From: Octopus vulgaris
Taxonomy: Eukaryota
Direction of reading: 5' to 3'
Assembly (NCBI GenBank): GCA_951406725.2
Contig: OX597814.1
Coordinates: 217,930,001 to 217,994,000, forward strand
DNA length: 64,000 bases
Positions 25,152-37,639 of this stretch are shown in pieces (the stretch's first letter is position 1; the number at the start of each line of letters is the position of its first letter). The position numbers and the translations under genes were made by a program. The notes under the pieces are model-generated. The model saw only the letters and a program-made list of their open reading frames with translations. It was not told where the DNA came from and ran no database searches.

Positions 25152-25616
25152 AATATAAGAGAGTGGTCACTATATGGCTCACTCTAGCACCAGTTAATCC
25201 AAAAGGTTTCAACCACGAAAATACATGTTTCCCATGAAAGTCAGTACGATTGTTAGCTCACACGGACAGGGCAAATAAAAAATAACAAAAATAACGTCGG
25301 ATGTAATCAATTGAACCACACGCGTATTTATCGTTATGGTAAAATCTGGCGTGTGATTGAGTGGATTTCATCCAGATAGTTTTGGCTGACGAGCTACAAG
25401 TGGATTTTTTTGTAAGTAAAATTACATTTAATTCATTAATAGCGAAACAATTGTCCCAAAATAATCTGTATTTTTGTTATTTTTTATTTGCCCTGTCCGT
25501 GTGAGCTAACAATCGTACTGACTTTCATGGGAAACATGTATTTTTGTGGTTGAAACCTTTTGGATTAACTGGTGCTAGAGTGAGCCATATAGTGACCACT
25601 CTCTTATATTTATTTT
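25146..25616. repeat. 148-bp inverted repeat (25146-25293 / 25469-25616) with a 175-bp loop, between (TA)n tracts
   Basis: Arms are reverse complements with one visible mismatch. Confidence 0.95.
25373..25468 (+). ncRNA. Intact type I hammerhead ribozyme motif
   Basis: Helix I CAGATAGTTTTGG/CCAAAATAATCTG; core CTGACGA (25386-92); helix II GCTA...TAGC; GAAA (25444-47); palindromic helix III ACAATTGT; GUC triplet with predicted cleavage after C25455. Confidence 0.88.
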
Positions 25617-25737
25617 GTAAAAATATTATAATATATTATAAAATATTATAATAATCCAGGTTTCTCGGAGCACTAGGCCACTTGGTGTTGAATAGATATA
25701 CTATTAAATTAGTATCTAATTCTCTCACCCTTATTAA

Positions 25738-25777
<40 letters not shown>

Positions 25778-26037
25778 GAAATATGTTACGAAAAGAAAAT
25801 ATAAAATACACGTGGAAATGTAAGGGTAAAATATGAAAAATCAACGAAAATGCACATTGCAAATAAAAAAAACCTATTTATGACAGGTAACGACAAATAT
25901 ATACATTTAGATTGACTGAGGTAGTAATACGAGTCATAAAAGTCATTATTATGAGATGATTATAAGATGATAATAAAGTAAGAGAACAAAACGAACCATG
26001 GTTTACGCAAAACTATTCATCGTTTGAACAACACCGG

Positions 26038-26080
<43 letters not shown>

Positions 26081-26116
26081 GAAAGAATGGAGTCGAACGA
26101 AGATTTTTAACAAAAT

Positions 26117-26213
26117 TCCTTTACTCTCGACACATGTTTCGAAGATGGCATACTTTTAATTCCGAAGGAATAAAGGGTGCATTATGCCATCTTCTCATTA
26201 GGAAAGATAAGGA
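26117..26213 (-). ncRNA. Type I hammerhead motif with G5A core mutation
   Basis: Minus strand reads TCCTT AT CTTTC CTAATGA GAAGATGGCATA-loop-TATGCCATCTTC GAAA CATGT GTC GAGAG TA AAGGA. It has a perfect 12-bp helix II, a GUC site and a two-part helix I. Confidence 0.75.
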
Positions 26214-26686
26214 GCCTCTTTCAGCCACAAGACGAACAAAAGTTTTTGATGACTGCCTACATGGTGACCATTATCACTGTCAAGAAACTCAAATATTCTG
26301 AAGCTAAGTTATTAATAAAGTCTCAAGTGTTCACAGTCTAACAATAAGTATAAAATTTATAGAAAGAAAAGGCACTGAAAAGAATTTAATGTATAAAGAA
26401 TAGAACAACTGAGAAGAAAAACAAAGGAGAATATTTGAGACGACAAGAAGAGGATGAATAGTTTGAATTTCCATTCTTTGTTTTTTGCACTACAGCAAGT
26501 GCATATAGATAAGGTATATATAAACATGGTTTAAGGATAGTCCTCTTGAAATATAATGCCTAGATGACTAATAAAGTTGATTTGGTGGAAAATAAAAGAA
26601 CACGTAAAAATCTGCAACACCTTTATAGAAAACTTCTAGGAAAAAACAAAGACAAGACAGAAAAAAAAATGTAGGAAACACACATA

Positions 26687-27100
26687 GGTGCAGGAGTGGC
26701 TGTGTGGTAAGTAGCTTGCTAACCAACCACATGGTTCCGGGTTCAGTCCCACTGCATGGCATCTTGGGCAAGTGTCTTCTGCTATAGCCCCGGGCCGACC
26801 AATGCCTTGTGAGTGGATTTGGTAGACGGAAACTGAAAGAAGCCTGTCGTATATATGTATATATATATGCATGTATGTGTGTTTGTGTGTGTGTGTCTGT
26901 GTTTGTCCCCCTTAGCATTGCTTGACAACCGATGCTGGTGTGTTTATATCCCCGTTACTTAGCGGTTTGGCAAAAGAGACTGATAGAATAAGTACTGGGC
27001 TTACAAGAGAATAAGTCCCGGGGTCGAGTTGCTCGATTAAAGGTGGTGCTCCAGCATGGCCGCAGTCAAATGACTGAAACAAGTAAAAGAGTTAAGAGTA
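26687..27100 (+). mobile_element. SINE family A, full length
   Basis: Close match to 13409 and 35156. Confidence 0.92.
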
Positions 27101-27219
27101 TCTTATTCTTTGTTAGCCACCATAATACAGATCACCAGAAAACTTAATCCACCCGTGCTAATATCAATTCATTATTGTGCACAAATTTAATGGCTTCAAA
27201 TATACCTCAAATAATAATT

Positions 27220-27456
27220 CTTTCAAATTTTGGTACAAAGCCTGCAATTTTAGGGGTAGAAGGGGTTAGTCAATTACGTTGACGCCCCCTCCCCCGCCCC
27301 CACACACACACACCAGGTATATGATTAGTACTTTGCCTTTCATCCTCTTGGGGCTGATAAAATAAAGTTGACTCAGTAGTATTTGAACTCAGAATGTAAA
27401 GAGCCAGAAGAAATGTTGCAAAGCAGTTTGTCTGGTGTGCTAATGATTCTGCCAGC
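27220..27456 (-). mobile_element. Decayed SINE family B
   Basis: TTTGAACTCAGAATGTAAAG...GATTCTGCCAGCT, the reverse-strand head. Confidence 0.65.
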
Positions 27457-27551
27457 TAAATATCAAAGATGAGGATAACATGCAATAATACAAAACAACA
27501 CAATGAATATAGTAGTAGTAATAAAATCACGACAATAAGAGGACTTTGTTG

Positions 27552-27682
27552 GTGGTAGTGTGGTAAAAAGCTTGCTTTCCAACCACACGGTTCCGAGTTC
27601 AGTCCCACTGCATGGTACCTTGGGCAAGTGTCTTCTTTAGCCTCAGGCTGACCAAAGCCTTGTAAATGGATTTGGTAGACGG

Positions 27683-27748
<66 letters not shown>

Positions 27749-27982
27749 AAATAAATATATATGTATGTATATGTTTGTGTCTGTGTTTGTCCCCCCACCC
27801 ACCATCCCTCGACAACTGATGTTGGTGTATTTATCGTCCCATAACTTAGCAATTCAGCAAAAGAAACTGATAGAATAAATACTAGGCTTACAAAGAATAA
27901 GTCCTGCAGTTGATTTGTTCTACTAAAGGTGGTGCTCCGGCATGGCTGCAGTTAAATGACCGAAACAAAATAAAAGAATAAA
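27552..27982 (+). mobile_element. SINE family A with expanded internal (CT)n(AT)n
   Basis: Family A head and tail. Confidence 0.88.
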
Positions 27983-29064
27983 TGTAATCGCAAACAGATG
28001 TCCATCAACAGACATCTATGGCAGGCAGCAGGACACAACTACATGGAAACTCTGAGAAAGAAACTGTCTCTGAACTTTTGTTATGAAGGCCTGAATTAAC
28101 CTATTGCATTTAGCAAATCAACAGTTTAAGGTGAAGATAAATGGAAAAGTTGTTTGGTGTAAAACCTCAGCAATAAATCTCATCCCAGATTAAGTACCAG
28201 TCTATCTGAAATGATCCGAAATGATCCAGTATATATTCCTGAGTATAGTGTGAACTAAAAGATATATAACTGTATGTACTAGTTGCATATGTAGCAAAAC
28301 AATTTTGGGAGAGATGTATTCAACACCAATATAACACTAGTACAACACTGATTTTCTGGAGCCTTTGCTTCCAAAGCCTTTCCAGATTATTGATCTTTCC
28401 GAACAAGGTGTGGTCACCTCTAAATTAAATAAATATTAAATTCATTTGAGTAATTAAATGAAATACAGGTATCTGCACATTGGTATAAATGTTACAATTT
28501 TATCAATACTCTATTATGCAAGGTACTGTAAAAAGAAAACCACCAAGTAAACTAGTCTGGTGGCCATGGTAACCTGAAGTTCCTACTTGTAAGTTAGTGT
28601 GAATAATAAGAGTTTCAAAATTATAGAGAAAAGAACTTCGTGCACCTTGGCAAAATTAATGAAGTAAAAAAAAAAACCAATCTGCATATAAATGGCGGTG
28701 CCCCAGCATGGCCACAGCTCATGAGCTGAAACTAGAATCAATCAATCAATCATATAAATGTAAATGTTTTAAATATAGTTTTTCCAAGGTTTTAGGTTTT
28801 TTGTTCTTACTTATAAAGGAACACAATGATTATGATTCTAGGTTAAATCTTCCAAATGATGCATGGTTCATCTCATGTACAATATGTTAACTGTTTTTTT
28901 TAACAATATATTGTATATTGTTTATTATCCAAACATTTATTTAACTATGCATATCTAGAAGAGAAATTAATACTGTAATGAATTAATGCTTGTTCACATG
29001 CAAAACATGAATATATCTAGTCATCATGCATTCATACATTATATATTTTAAATATTTTAAATAA

Positions 29065-29294
29065 GGCGGCGAGCTGGCAGAATCGTTAGCACGTCGGGTG
29101 AAATGCTTAACGGTATTTCGTCTGCCGCTACGTTCTGAGTTCAAATCCCGCCGAGGTCGACTTTGCCTTTCATCCTTTCGGGGTCGATAAATAAAGTACC
29201 AGTTTCGCACTGGGGTCGTTTTAATCGACTTAATCCCTTTGTCTGTCCTTGTTTATCCCCTCTGTGTTTAGCCCCTTGTGGGCAATAAAGAAAT
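29065..29294 (+). mobile_element. tRNA-derived SINE family B (Nin/Deu-domain-like core)
   Basis: Head GGCGGCGAGCTGGCAGAATCG...GAGTTCAAATCCC. Core GCCTTTCATCCTTTCGGGGTCGATAAA..AGTACCAG resembles the Nin/Deu SINE domain. Probable TSD ATATTTTAAAT. Confidence 0.85.
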
Positions 29295-29362
29295 ATATAT
29301 ATTTTAAATGGACACATATTACATAGTCACACACACATTCTCTCTCTCATTCTGTGTGTGTG

Positions 29363-29515
29363 CCATCACCATCGTTTAATGTCCGTTTTCCATGCTGGCA
29401 TGGGTTGGACAGTTCGAATGGGGTCTAGGAAGCCAGGAGGATGCACCAGGCTCCAGTCTGATCTGGCAGTGTTTCTACAGCTGGATGCCCTTCCTAATGC
29501 CAACCACTCCATGTG
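29363..29515 (-). mobile_element. RTE 3' tail fragment
   Basis: Shared terminal hairpin motif. Confidence 0.8.
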
Positions 29516-29592
29516 TGTAAAGAAATATAAGAACATTGAAATATGAAATAAAGTAAATACATATTAAGAAGAATTATGTATGTGTACATGTC

Positions 29593-29634
<42 letters not shown>

Positions 29635-29706
29635 CATACATACCTACATACATGCATGTTTGTGTTTTAATGTTCATTCATTTTCACACACACACAAAGA
29701 TAGATA

Positions 29707-29751
<45 letters not shown>

Positions 29752-30166
29752 CTAACATTAAAGATGTTTATTGATAACAAGAAACCTGGCCACCAGTGGC
29801 CCACTAATGTTATTGTTTGCTACTAAAAGCTAGCTATTTCTCGCAAGAACCACATCAATGAACTAGATTGGTCAGTAATTAAGGCACCAATTTCCTGACT
29901 TCTCTTCCCTCATTAGTTCTCATACTTTGCTTTAATAGGTCTTTATATATATATTGAACATCAAATGTAGCAATTTAACTGCCCAATTAATTCATCTTCA
30001 TTTCAAAATGGCTCTCGTTAATGATCTCTGAAATAATTCAGAATTCCAACTTGCTGCCCATATTATTCTGGAGAATAATCAAAACAAGGCTAATCCATTC
30101 AATGATTTTTCAATCAAATGATGGTGACTCAATTCCAAAGTTAAAACAATTATATTGTTATGAAAA

Positions 30167-30578
30167 CAGGAGTGGCTGTGTGGTAAGTAGCTTGCTAACC
30201 AACCACATGGTTCCGGGTTCAGTCCCACTGCATGGCATCTTGGGCAAGTGTCTTCTGCTATAGCCCCGGGCCGCCAATGCCTTGTGAGTGGATTTGGTAG
30301 ACGGAAACTGAAAGAAGCCCGTCGTATATATATATATATATATATGCGTGTGTGTATATGTTTGTGTGTCTGTGTTTGTCCCCCTTAGCATTGCTTGACA
30401 ACCGATGCTGGTGTGTTTACGTCCCCGTCACTTAGCGGTTCGGCAAAAGAGACCTATAGAATAAGTACTGGGCTTACAAAGAATAAGTCCCGGGGTCGAT
30501 TTGCTTGACTAAAAGGCGGTGCTCCAGCATGGCCGCAGTCAAATGACTGAAACAAGTAAAAGAGTAGAGTAAAGAGTA
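30167..30578 (+). mobile_element. SINE family A
   Basis: Close match to the other copies. Confidence 0.92.
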
Positions 30579-30754
30579 TCCAAAAAATAACTAGAAGGGC
30601 TCCAATCAAGCTTAGATGACAATACTCACTTTCTTAACCCAGAACATAAATTAGGTTGGTTCTTTTTTAATATTATTTTGTCTTTCCAAAGAGCCAAATA
30701 AAACCAATTCTATCTCTAAGCCTAAACTGTTTAGTTGTCTTTGATAAGTTATCT

Positions 30755-30803
<49 letters not shown>

Positions 30804-31256
30804 TATGAAGAGAGAGAGAGAGAGAGAAATGTTATCCACTGTATTCAACTTAACACAGGTTTGTTTATCCTGTTACCATGGCAATTTCATGTTTATTTGT
30901 TTGTTTTTTATTTATTTTTTTTTTTATAAAGGTAACTTATCTTCAGCTGCTAGTTTGCGTATGTGCATGCGTGCATGAAAAATCCTCCCTCTAAGACACA
31001 AAACAATAAACCCTCTCATGAATGAGTGTGTGTGTGTGTGTGTGCATATAAATATATATATATAGGAAGATAGATAAAGACAGACAGGCAGGCAGGCAGA
31101 CAGACAGATCATCATCATTTATCATTTGCGTACCATGCTGAAATGGGTCGGACAGTTTGAAAGGATCCAATAGGTCAGAAGACAATGTCAAGTTTCAATG
31201 TTTGTTTTGTATGGTTTGTGTGGTTGGATGCCCTTTCTAATATCAACTATGCCCTT

Positions 31257-31290
<34 letters not shown>

Positions 31291-31543
31291 TTTTTTGCAA
31301 TATGAATTCCTTCTTCAATTTCAAATTCTTTTCCTTTTAATTTTTGGACACATCTGGCAAATGAGGACGGATCATAAAGAATCAAAAAGAGAATCCACCA
31401 AGTACATTCCATAAAGTGATTGCATCCAACCACAGAAAATAAAGCAAAAATGTATCCCGTCCGGGAAAGCATTAACACTGAATAAGAATTGACTCAAATT
31501 ATGACAAACCAACCAACATGGAAAATGGATGTAAATCACACAC

Positions 31544-31585
<42 letters not shown>

Positions 31586-31632
31586 CCATTTTTGGGATTG
31601 CTCTTGTTATAGATGGATACATATGGACAGTA

Positions 31633-32051
31633 TACTCTTTTACTCTTTTCTCTTTTACTTGTTTCAGTCATTTGACTGTGGCCATGCTGGAGCACCGCCT
31701 TTTAGTCGAGCAACTCGATCCTGGGACTTATTCTTTGTAAGCCCAGTACTTATTCTATCCGTCTCTTTTGCCGAACTGCTATGTGATGGGGACATAAACA
31801 CACCAGCATCGGTTATCAAGCAATGCTAGGGGGACAAACACAGACACACAAACACACACACATACCTATGTGTATATACATATATACGACGGGCTTCTTT
31901 CAGTTTCCATCTACCAAGTCCACTCACAAGGCTTTGGTCGGCCCTGGAGGCTATAGTAGAAGACACTTGCCCAAGGTGCCACACAGTGGGACTGAACCCG
32001 GAACCATGTGGTTGGTAAGCAAGCTACTTACCACACAGCCGCTCCTGCGCC
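31633..32051 (-). mobile_element. SINE family A, full length
   Basis: Reverse-complement match. Confidence 0.92.
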
Positions 32052-32121
32052 TATGTGCAAAAGCATAAAATTTCAATTAATTAAAATTATTATAAACTAA
32101 TCATAAAATGTCATGGAAAAT

Positions 32122-32521
32122 AGGAGCAGGTGTGGCTGTGTAAATAAGAAGCTTGCTTCCCAACGCATGGTTTCAGGTTCAGTTCCACAGCAAGGCATCT
32201 TGGGCAAGTGCCTTCTAGTATAGCTCTGAGCTAACCAAAAGCTTGTGAGTGGATTTGGTAGATGAAAACTGAAAGAAGCCTGTTGTGTGTGTTACTATCT
32301 CCTTGCTTTGACTTCATGTAATGTAAACAAATGACACTCTTATGCATTCATTGTCCTTCATTTCTGTGAAAACATATCCAGTCATTGGGAAATATTACTT
32401 TGCCTGGAAACATGTGAGGGTTGGCAACAGGAAGAGCATTTGGTCAAGAAAATCTGCCTCAATACATTCCATTTGACCCATGTGAGTATGTAAAACTGAA
32501 CGATAAATGATGATAATGATG
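32122..32521 (+). mobile_element. SINE with family A head and RTE-like 3' tail
   Basis: Family A head followed by GTTGGCAACAGGAAGAGCAT...GACCCATG...(GAT)n, similar to the RTE tail. Same layout at 56462-57232. Confidence 0.7.
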
Positions 32522-32943
32522 AATAATAATTGTACAAGACATTTTTTATTGTTATAATTTCCTGTAGATATTACAATTAAGAGTTAAAAAACAAAACATT
32601 TTTTGGATAACAAAATATTAAAAGCTTTTGATATTGAAAAAGAAGAAAAGAAAACGTCCCAAATAATAAAAGTCAAATATTATTTAAGCTAAAGGGTGAA
32701 TAATGAAAATTATCAAAAGCAGAAATAAAATATTCAGCCACTCATCAAAAAGAATAAAAAATTAAGTTAAAATTTATCTGCCCAGTACAAAATACTAAGG
32801 ATTATTCATGGATGTTATGCAATCTCTGATGATTTGATAATGCAATAAACTTTGATTTATTTTGATTCATTACTAATGAAATGTATGTAAGAAGACAACT
32901 AAATGTGTGACAAACTCTTCTGTTTTGTTTTACTTCATTCAAA

Positions 32944-33006
<63 letters not shown>

Positions 33007-33737
33007 GCATATCTGTTTAGATTAAATAGATTAGACAGACTGAAACTTGTTCCCTAACATAATAGTAAAATAAACACTAGTAAGACTCGAAAATACTAAT
33101 ACTATCTAACTGACATTGTTTCCCCATACATATAATATGAAGTATATCTCAGAATGACATACACAAAGCGATTAAACAGATAGCTTAAAAATAGAGATTA
33201 GCAAGAAGACATCTGTATTTTAGTTTGGTTTTTGTTAATGAATGAATCTGACATAAACTGCTGAATTAGTGATTTCTCAGATGAACAAAATCCCGCCTCC
33301 CACCACAAATGTATAGAAGATAGAGGAAGGCGATTAGGTGATATTCATACTTTACTCAAATGATTGAAGTGAAATGATTTACAACTGAGAATGGAAACCA
33401 GGTCAACGATTTGATTCACTGGATTCTTTGTATATCTAATCAATAGACTTGATTCATGTGAAGCTTTTCCATTTCATATTAGTCCCAGCACAACAATACA
33501 TAACAGCTGGAAAAGTTCTAACAACATTGAAAAAAAAATAAATAAAATGAAATTAAGGAATTGCTACAGAAGATGGAAAAGAAAGAAAGAAAGAAAGAGG
33601 AAGATCAGCTGCTTTGAATGTACCAAAATTATCAAAATCCCACTCAATGACTTTCCTTCAAAGTTATTCAATGATTAGTTATATACTACTAAGGTTATTT
33701 TTATATCTTGTTTAAAATATTTTTAAAAATTCAATAT

Positions 33738-34092
33738 TAGGTGCAGGTGTAGTGTGGTAAGAAGTTTGCTTCTCAATTACATGGTTCTAGGTTCAGTCCC
33801 ACCGCAAGGCAACTTTGGCAAGTGTTTACTATAATCCAAGTCTGGTCAAAGCTTTGTGAAACTGAAAGAAGCCTGTCATGTATTTGTGTGTATGTCATTG
33901 TCTCCCACCACTGCTAGACAACCACTGTTGGTTTGTTTATGTCCCTATAACTTAACGGTTTGGCAAAAAAAAGAGAGCAATAGAATAAGTACCAGGCTTT
34001 AAAAAAAAATTATTACTGATTTATTTAACTAAAACCCTTTGAAATGGTGCCCCAGCATGGCCACGGCCTAATGATTGAAATAAGTATAAGAT
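33738..34092 (+). mobile_element. Decayed SINE family A
   Basis: Diverged match. Confidence 0.8.
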
Positions 34093-34893
34093 CAAAGTTA
34101 GTAAAAGATTATAAAGCAATAAAGAAAACCACATTAACTTTTTATTTAATAAGCATTTTGTAGTTGCAGCTTTAATTTTTTAATTTCTCACCTACTACAT
34201 TAGTTAAAAACATATTTGTTACCCAAAATGTTTAAACGAATTAAAGTACCCCTCCACTATGTAATTGTTGATAAATAAGTAATTATTTCAAATAAAAAAA
34301 AAAAATGAACAAAATTACTTCCCACCTGTATAACATCACACATGTGAGAATAAACTGGAAAATTAAGACTTTGTACTAACATGACTGTACACTAAATGTA
34401 ACCAAGGTAACGGCTTTTTAAAGACATGATTCAATAGCTGAAACAGTGTGTGGGGCATAATAATAAAGTAAACCTATAAAGTTCCTTTTGAATTCTGTAG
34501 AAACTGAAACAGGTTTAAACATACTAAAGAAAGAAATTCAATCATAAACACCAATTATGAGAGAAAGCGACTTCTATATAGTTGATTGCCACCCCGCACA
34601 AAGTAGCAATCAACTCTCCCTCAAATCACAACTGGTTTTGAAAAGATATATTGGATAATGTAGTTCTAGATATACTATATCTGAAAACAAGCGGAGATGG
34701 TCACAGCTGAAATGCTCTTGGATCAGAGGTCTGCTTGATCAAAGTTGTCAACAAAACACACTGGAGAGCAATTTGATAACGTTAACATGACAGAAACAAT
34801 TTTCCTATCAAGAAGTCCAGATAAAATTCAAATAATACAAGATAAATTAAGTGTTAGTAATGATAGCAGGCTAAAGATAAATTTGGTAAGAAT

Positions 34894-34945
<52 letters not shown>

Positions 34946-35155
34946 TGAATTTATGCATTTAATGAAAATATAGAAATTTCAGCTTTTCCACATAGTTGAC
35001 TCTCACATGATGGCCAAACATTTATCAAGTAAATGAATCAGAAACTTGTATATGAATTAACCAGCATTTGGGTACAAAGCCATCATTAGCAGCAAATAAC
35101 TAGATTTGAAATATCAAATTAGAAAGAATTCATCAATCCAAAAAGAAAATACATA

Positions 35156-35580
35156 GGCGCAGGAGTGGCTGTGTGGTAAGTAGCTTGCTAACCAGCCACA
35201 TGGTTCCGGGTTCAGTCCCACTGCGTGGCATCTTGGGCAAGTGTCTTCTGCTATAGCCCCGGGTCGACCAATGCCTTGTGAGTGGATTTGGTAGACGGAA
35301 ACTGAAAGAAGCCTGTCATATATATGTATATATATATATATAAGTGTGCGTGTATATGTTTGTGTGCCTGTGTTTGTCCCCCTAGCATTGCTTGACAACC
35401 GATGCTGGTGTGTTTACGTCCCCATCACTTAGCGGTTCGGCAAAAGAGACCGATTGAATAAGTACTTTGCTTACAAAGAATAAGTCCCGGGGTCGATTTG
35501 CTCGACTAAAGGCGGTACTCCAGCATGGCCGCAGTCAAATGACTGAAACAAGTAAAAGAGAGAGAGAGAGTAAAAAGAGA
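35156..35580 (+). mobile_element. SINE family A, full length
   Basis: Close match to the other copies. Confidence 0.92.
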
Positions 35581-35954
35581 TCAGAAACATAAACGAGCAA
35601 ATAAAATGATAGCAAAAGGGTTCTAATTTGCATGAGTTTGAAAAGAACTATGAAGGCCGTGGGACATGAAATGGATATAAAAGAAAGGGTAAAAAAAAAA
35701 AACCAAAACATTACGATGCAGCACGGATTTTTGTCAGTGAACAGGTCGCGGATTTTAGCGACGAAAATATTTTGACAAATTAAACTTAAATGTTGAAGTG
35801 AATCGAATGGTTTTTGTGTGTTTCTTAAATGGCTTACAGACACCTTCCACGCTGCAATTGTTTTCGTTCCAGCACACGATCTCAGATCAAATCACTTGCT
35901 ATGCGAGTACATCTCCGTAAATATAAAATAGATAGAGACAAAACATGTAATCTT

Positions 35955-36600
35955 TTATCTTTTCCCTCGTTTCAGTCATTAGGCTGCAGCTATTCTGGGC
36001 CACTTCCTTCAATGGTTAAATCAAACAAATTCACCCCAGGACTTATTTTTAAGCCTGGTACTAACTCTATTGGTTTCTTTTTGCCAAACCACTAAGTTAT
36101 AGGGACAAACCAACAGCAGTTGTCAAAAAGTGGTGGGAGACAAACATACACACATCTATATATATATATATCATCATCATCATCATTGTTTAACGTCCGT
36201 TTTCCGCGCTAGCACGGGTTGGACGGTTTGACCAGGGTCTGGGAAGCCAGGGACTGCACCAGGCTCCAGTCTGATCTGGCAGTGTTTCTACAGCTGGATG
36301 CCCTTCCTAACGCCAACCACTCCGCGAATGTAGTGGGTGCTTTTTACGTGCCACTGGCACAGGTGCCAGAGGAGTCTGGCATCGGCCACGATCAGTTGGT
36401 GCTGCGCTGGCATATATATGCAGCGCTGGCATATATATATATATATATATATATGATGGACTTTTTTGCCAAATCCACCAACAACATTTTAGTTGGCCTG
36501 GAGATACAATAGAAGACACTTGCCCAAGGTACCACACAGTGGGACTGAACCTTAAACCACATGGTAGGGAAGCATCTTCCTAAACATAGCCATGCCCCTG
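35955..36600 (-). mobile_element. Decayed SINE family A interrupted by an RTE tail (about 36172-36400) in its internal (TA)n
   Basis: SINE tail at 35955-36150 and head at 36455-36600 flank the RTE tail. Confidence 0.75.
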
Positions 36601-36852
36601 TCTATGTAATGAAAATAAATAACCACTAGATACTTCTTGAAATAAAGAACCCTGCAGCAAACACAGGACACAACGATGAATAAGTTGCATTCGTTGAAAT
36701 AAGATGGCTTCCATCCTCTCTGGATCTCAAAGTGTAGAGCAAAGAGGCAATGGGGAAAGATAAGTTTGTTTTAGAACTTGTATGAATTACAGTAAACCAG
36801 ATTGATAAAGAGGACACAGCAAAACAGATAGAAATCATGCAGAGGTAAAGGG

Positions 36853-36904
<52 letters not shown>

Positions 36905-37639
36905 TGTGTGTGTGTGTGTGAACATTTACAGCTACTTTTGTCTCAATAAGTGGTTGAAAAACACATCAACTTTCATTCAAGGTTTCATGTTTAAAGTTAA
37001 AGAGGCTTTATTAGCAAAAAAAACACAAACAAAATGTATTACGTACAACACAATATTTAAAGAAAATATCCAAACTTTTAATTAAAACCCTCCAGTTTAA
37101 AGGTCAACATATGTAAGTAAAAGTGAGTCTAAAGAGTAAAAATATAGCTAACACAATTTTGCTAACTTCATTCCTAGTTAGATAACATATCAGTATAAAC
37201 AGAGTGACTCCATTCAGCTAGTAGGAAGAAGCAGATAACAGGACTCCATAGTGTTACACGGAATAGAATGGTGACTTATCCAAATGCAGAAATATTTCTC
37301 ATTGAACACTTTTCATACAAACCCATTTCAGACCACGCTTGGTTCTATGATACAAACATTTTGTTTTAAAAAGATTTAAATTTAAAGCTTCATTCAAAAC
37401 TATGTCCCAAACACCAAATTAGTAACCAGTTCTACTACTACTACAGGTACTTATTTCATCAACCCTGAAAAGTTGAAAGGCAAAGCACTGTGCTAACCGA
37501 TTTTGCCAGCGCTGCCTTCCACCAAATGAATAATTACAAATATACTTTACTAAATTTTTCATTATTACCAAAATATTTTGTCGAACTGTCAAACTTATGC
37601 CAACAGAGAAGATGGATGCTAAATGACAAAGATACATAT

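Noticed and set aside
25490-25545. CCGTG...CATGG GAAA CATGTA in the inverted-repeat arm
   Set aside because: Resembles an HHR 3' half but has no CTGANGA box and no helix I partner.
36626-36856. Hydrophobic minus-strand ORF, or plus-strand micro-exon (about 36793-36844)
   Set aside because: No recognisable homology and weak splice signals.
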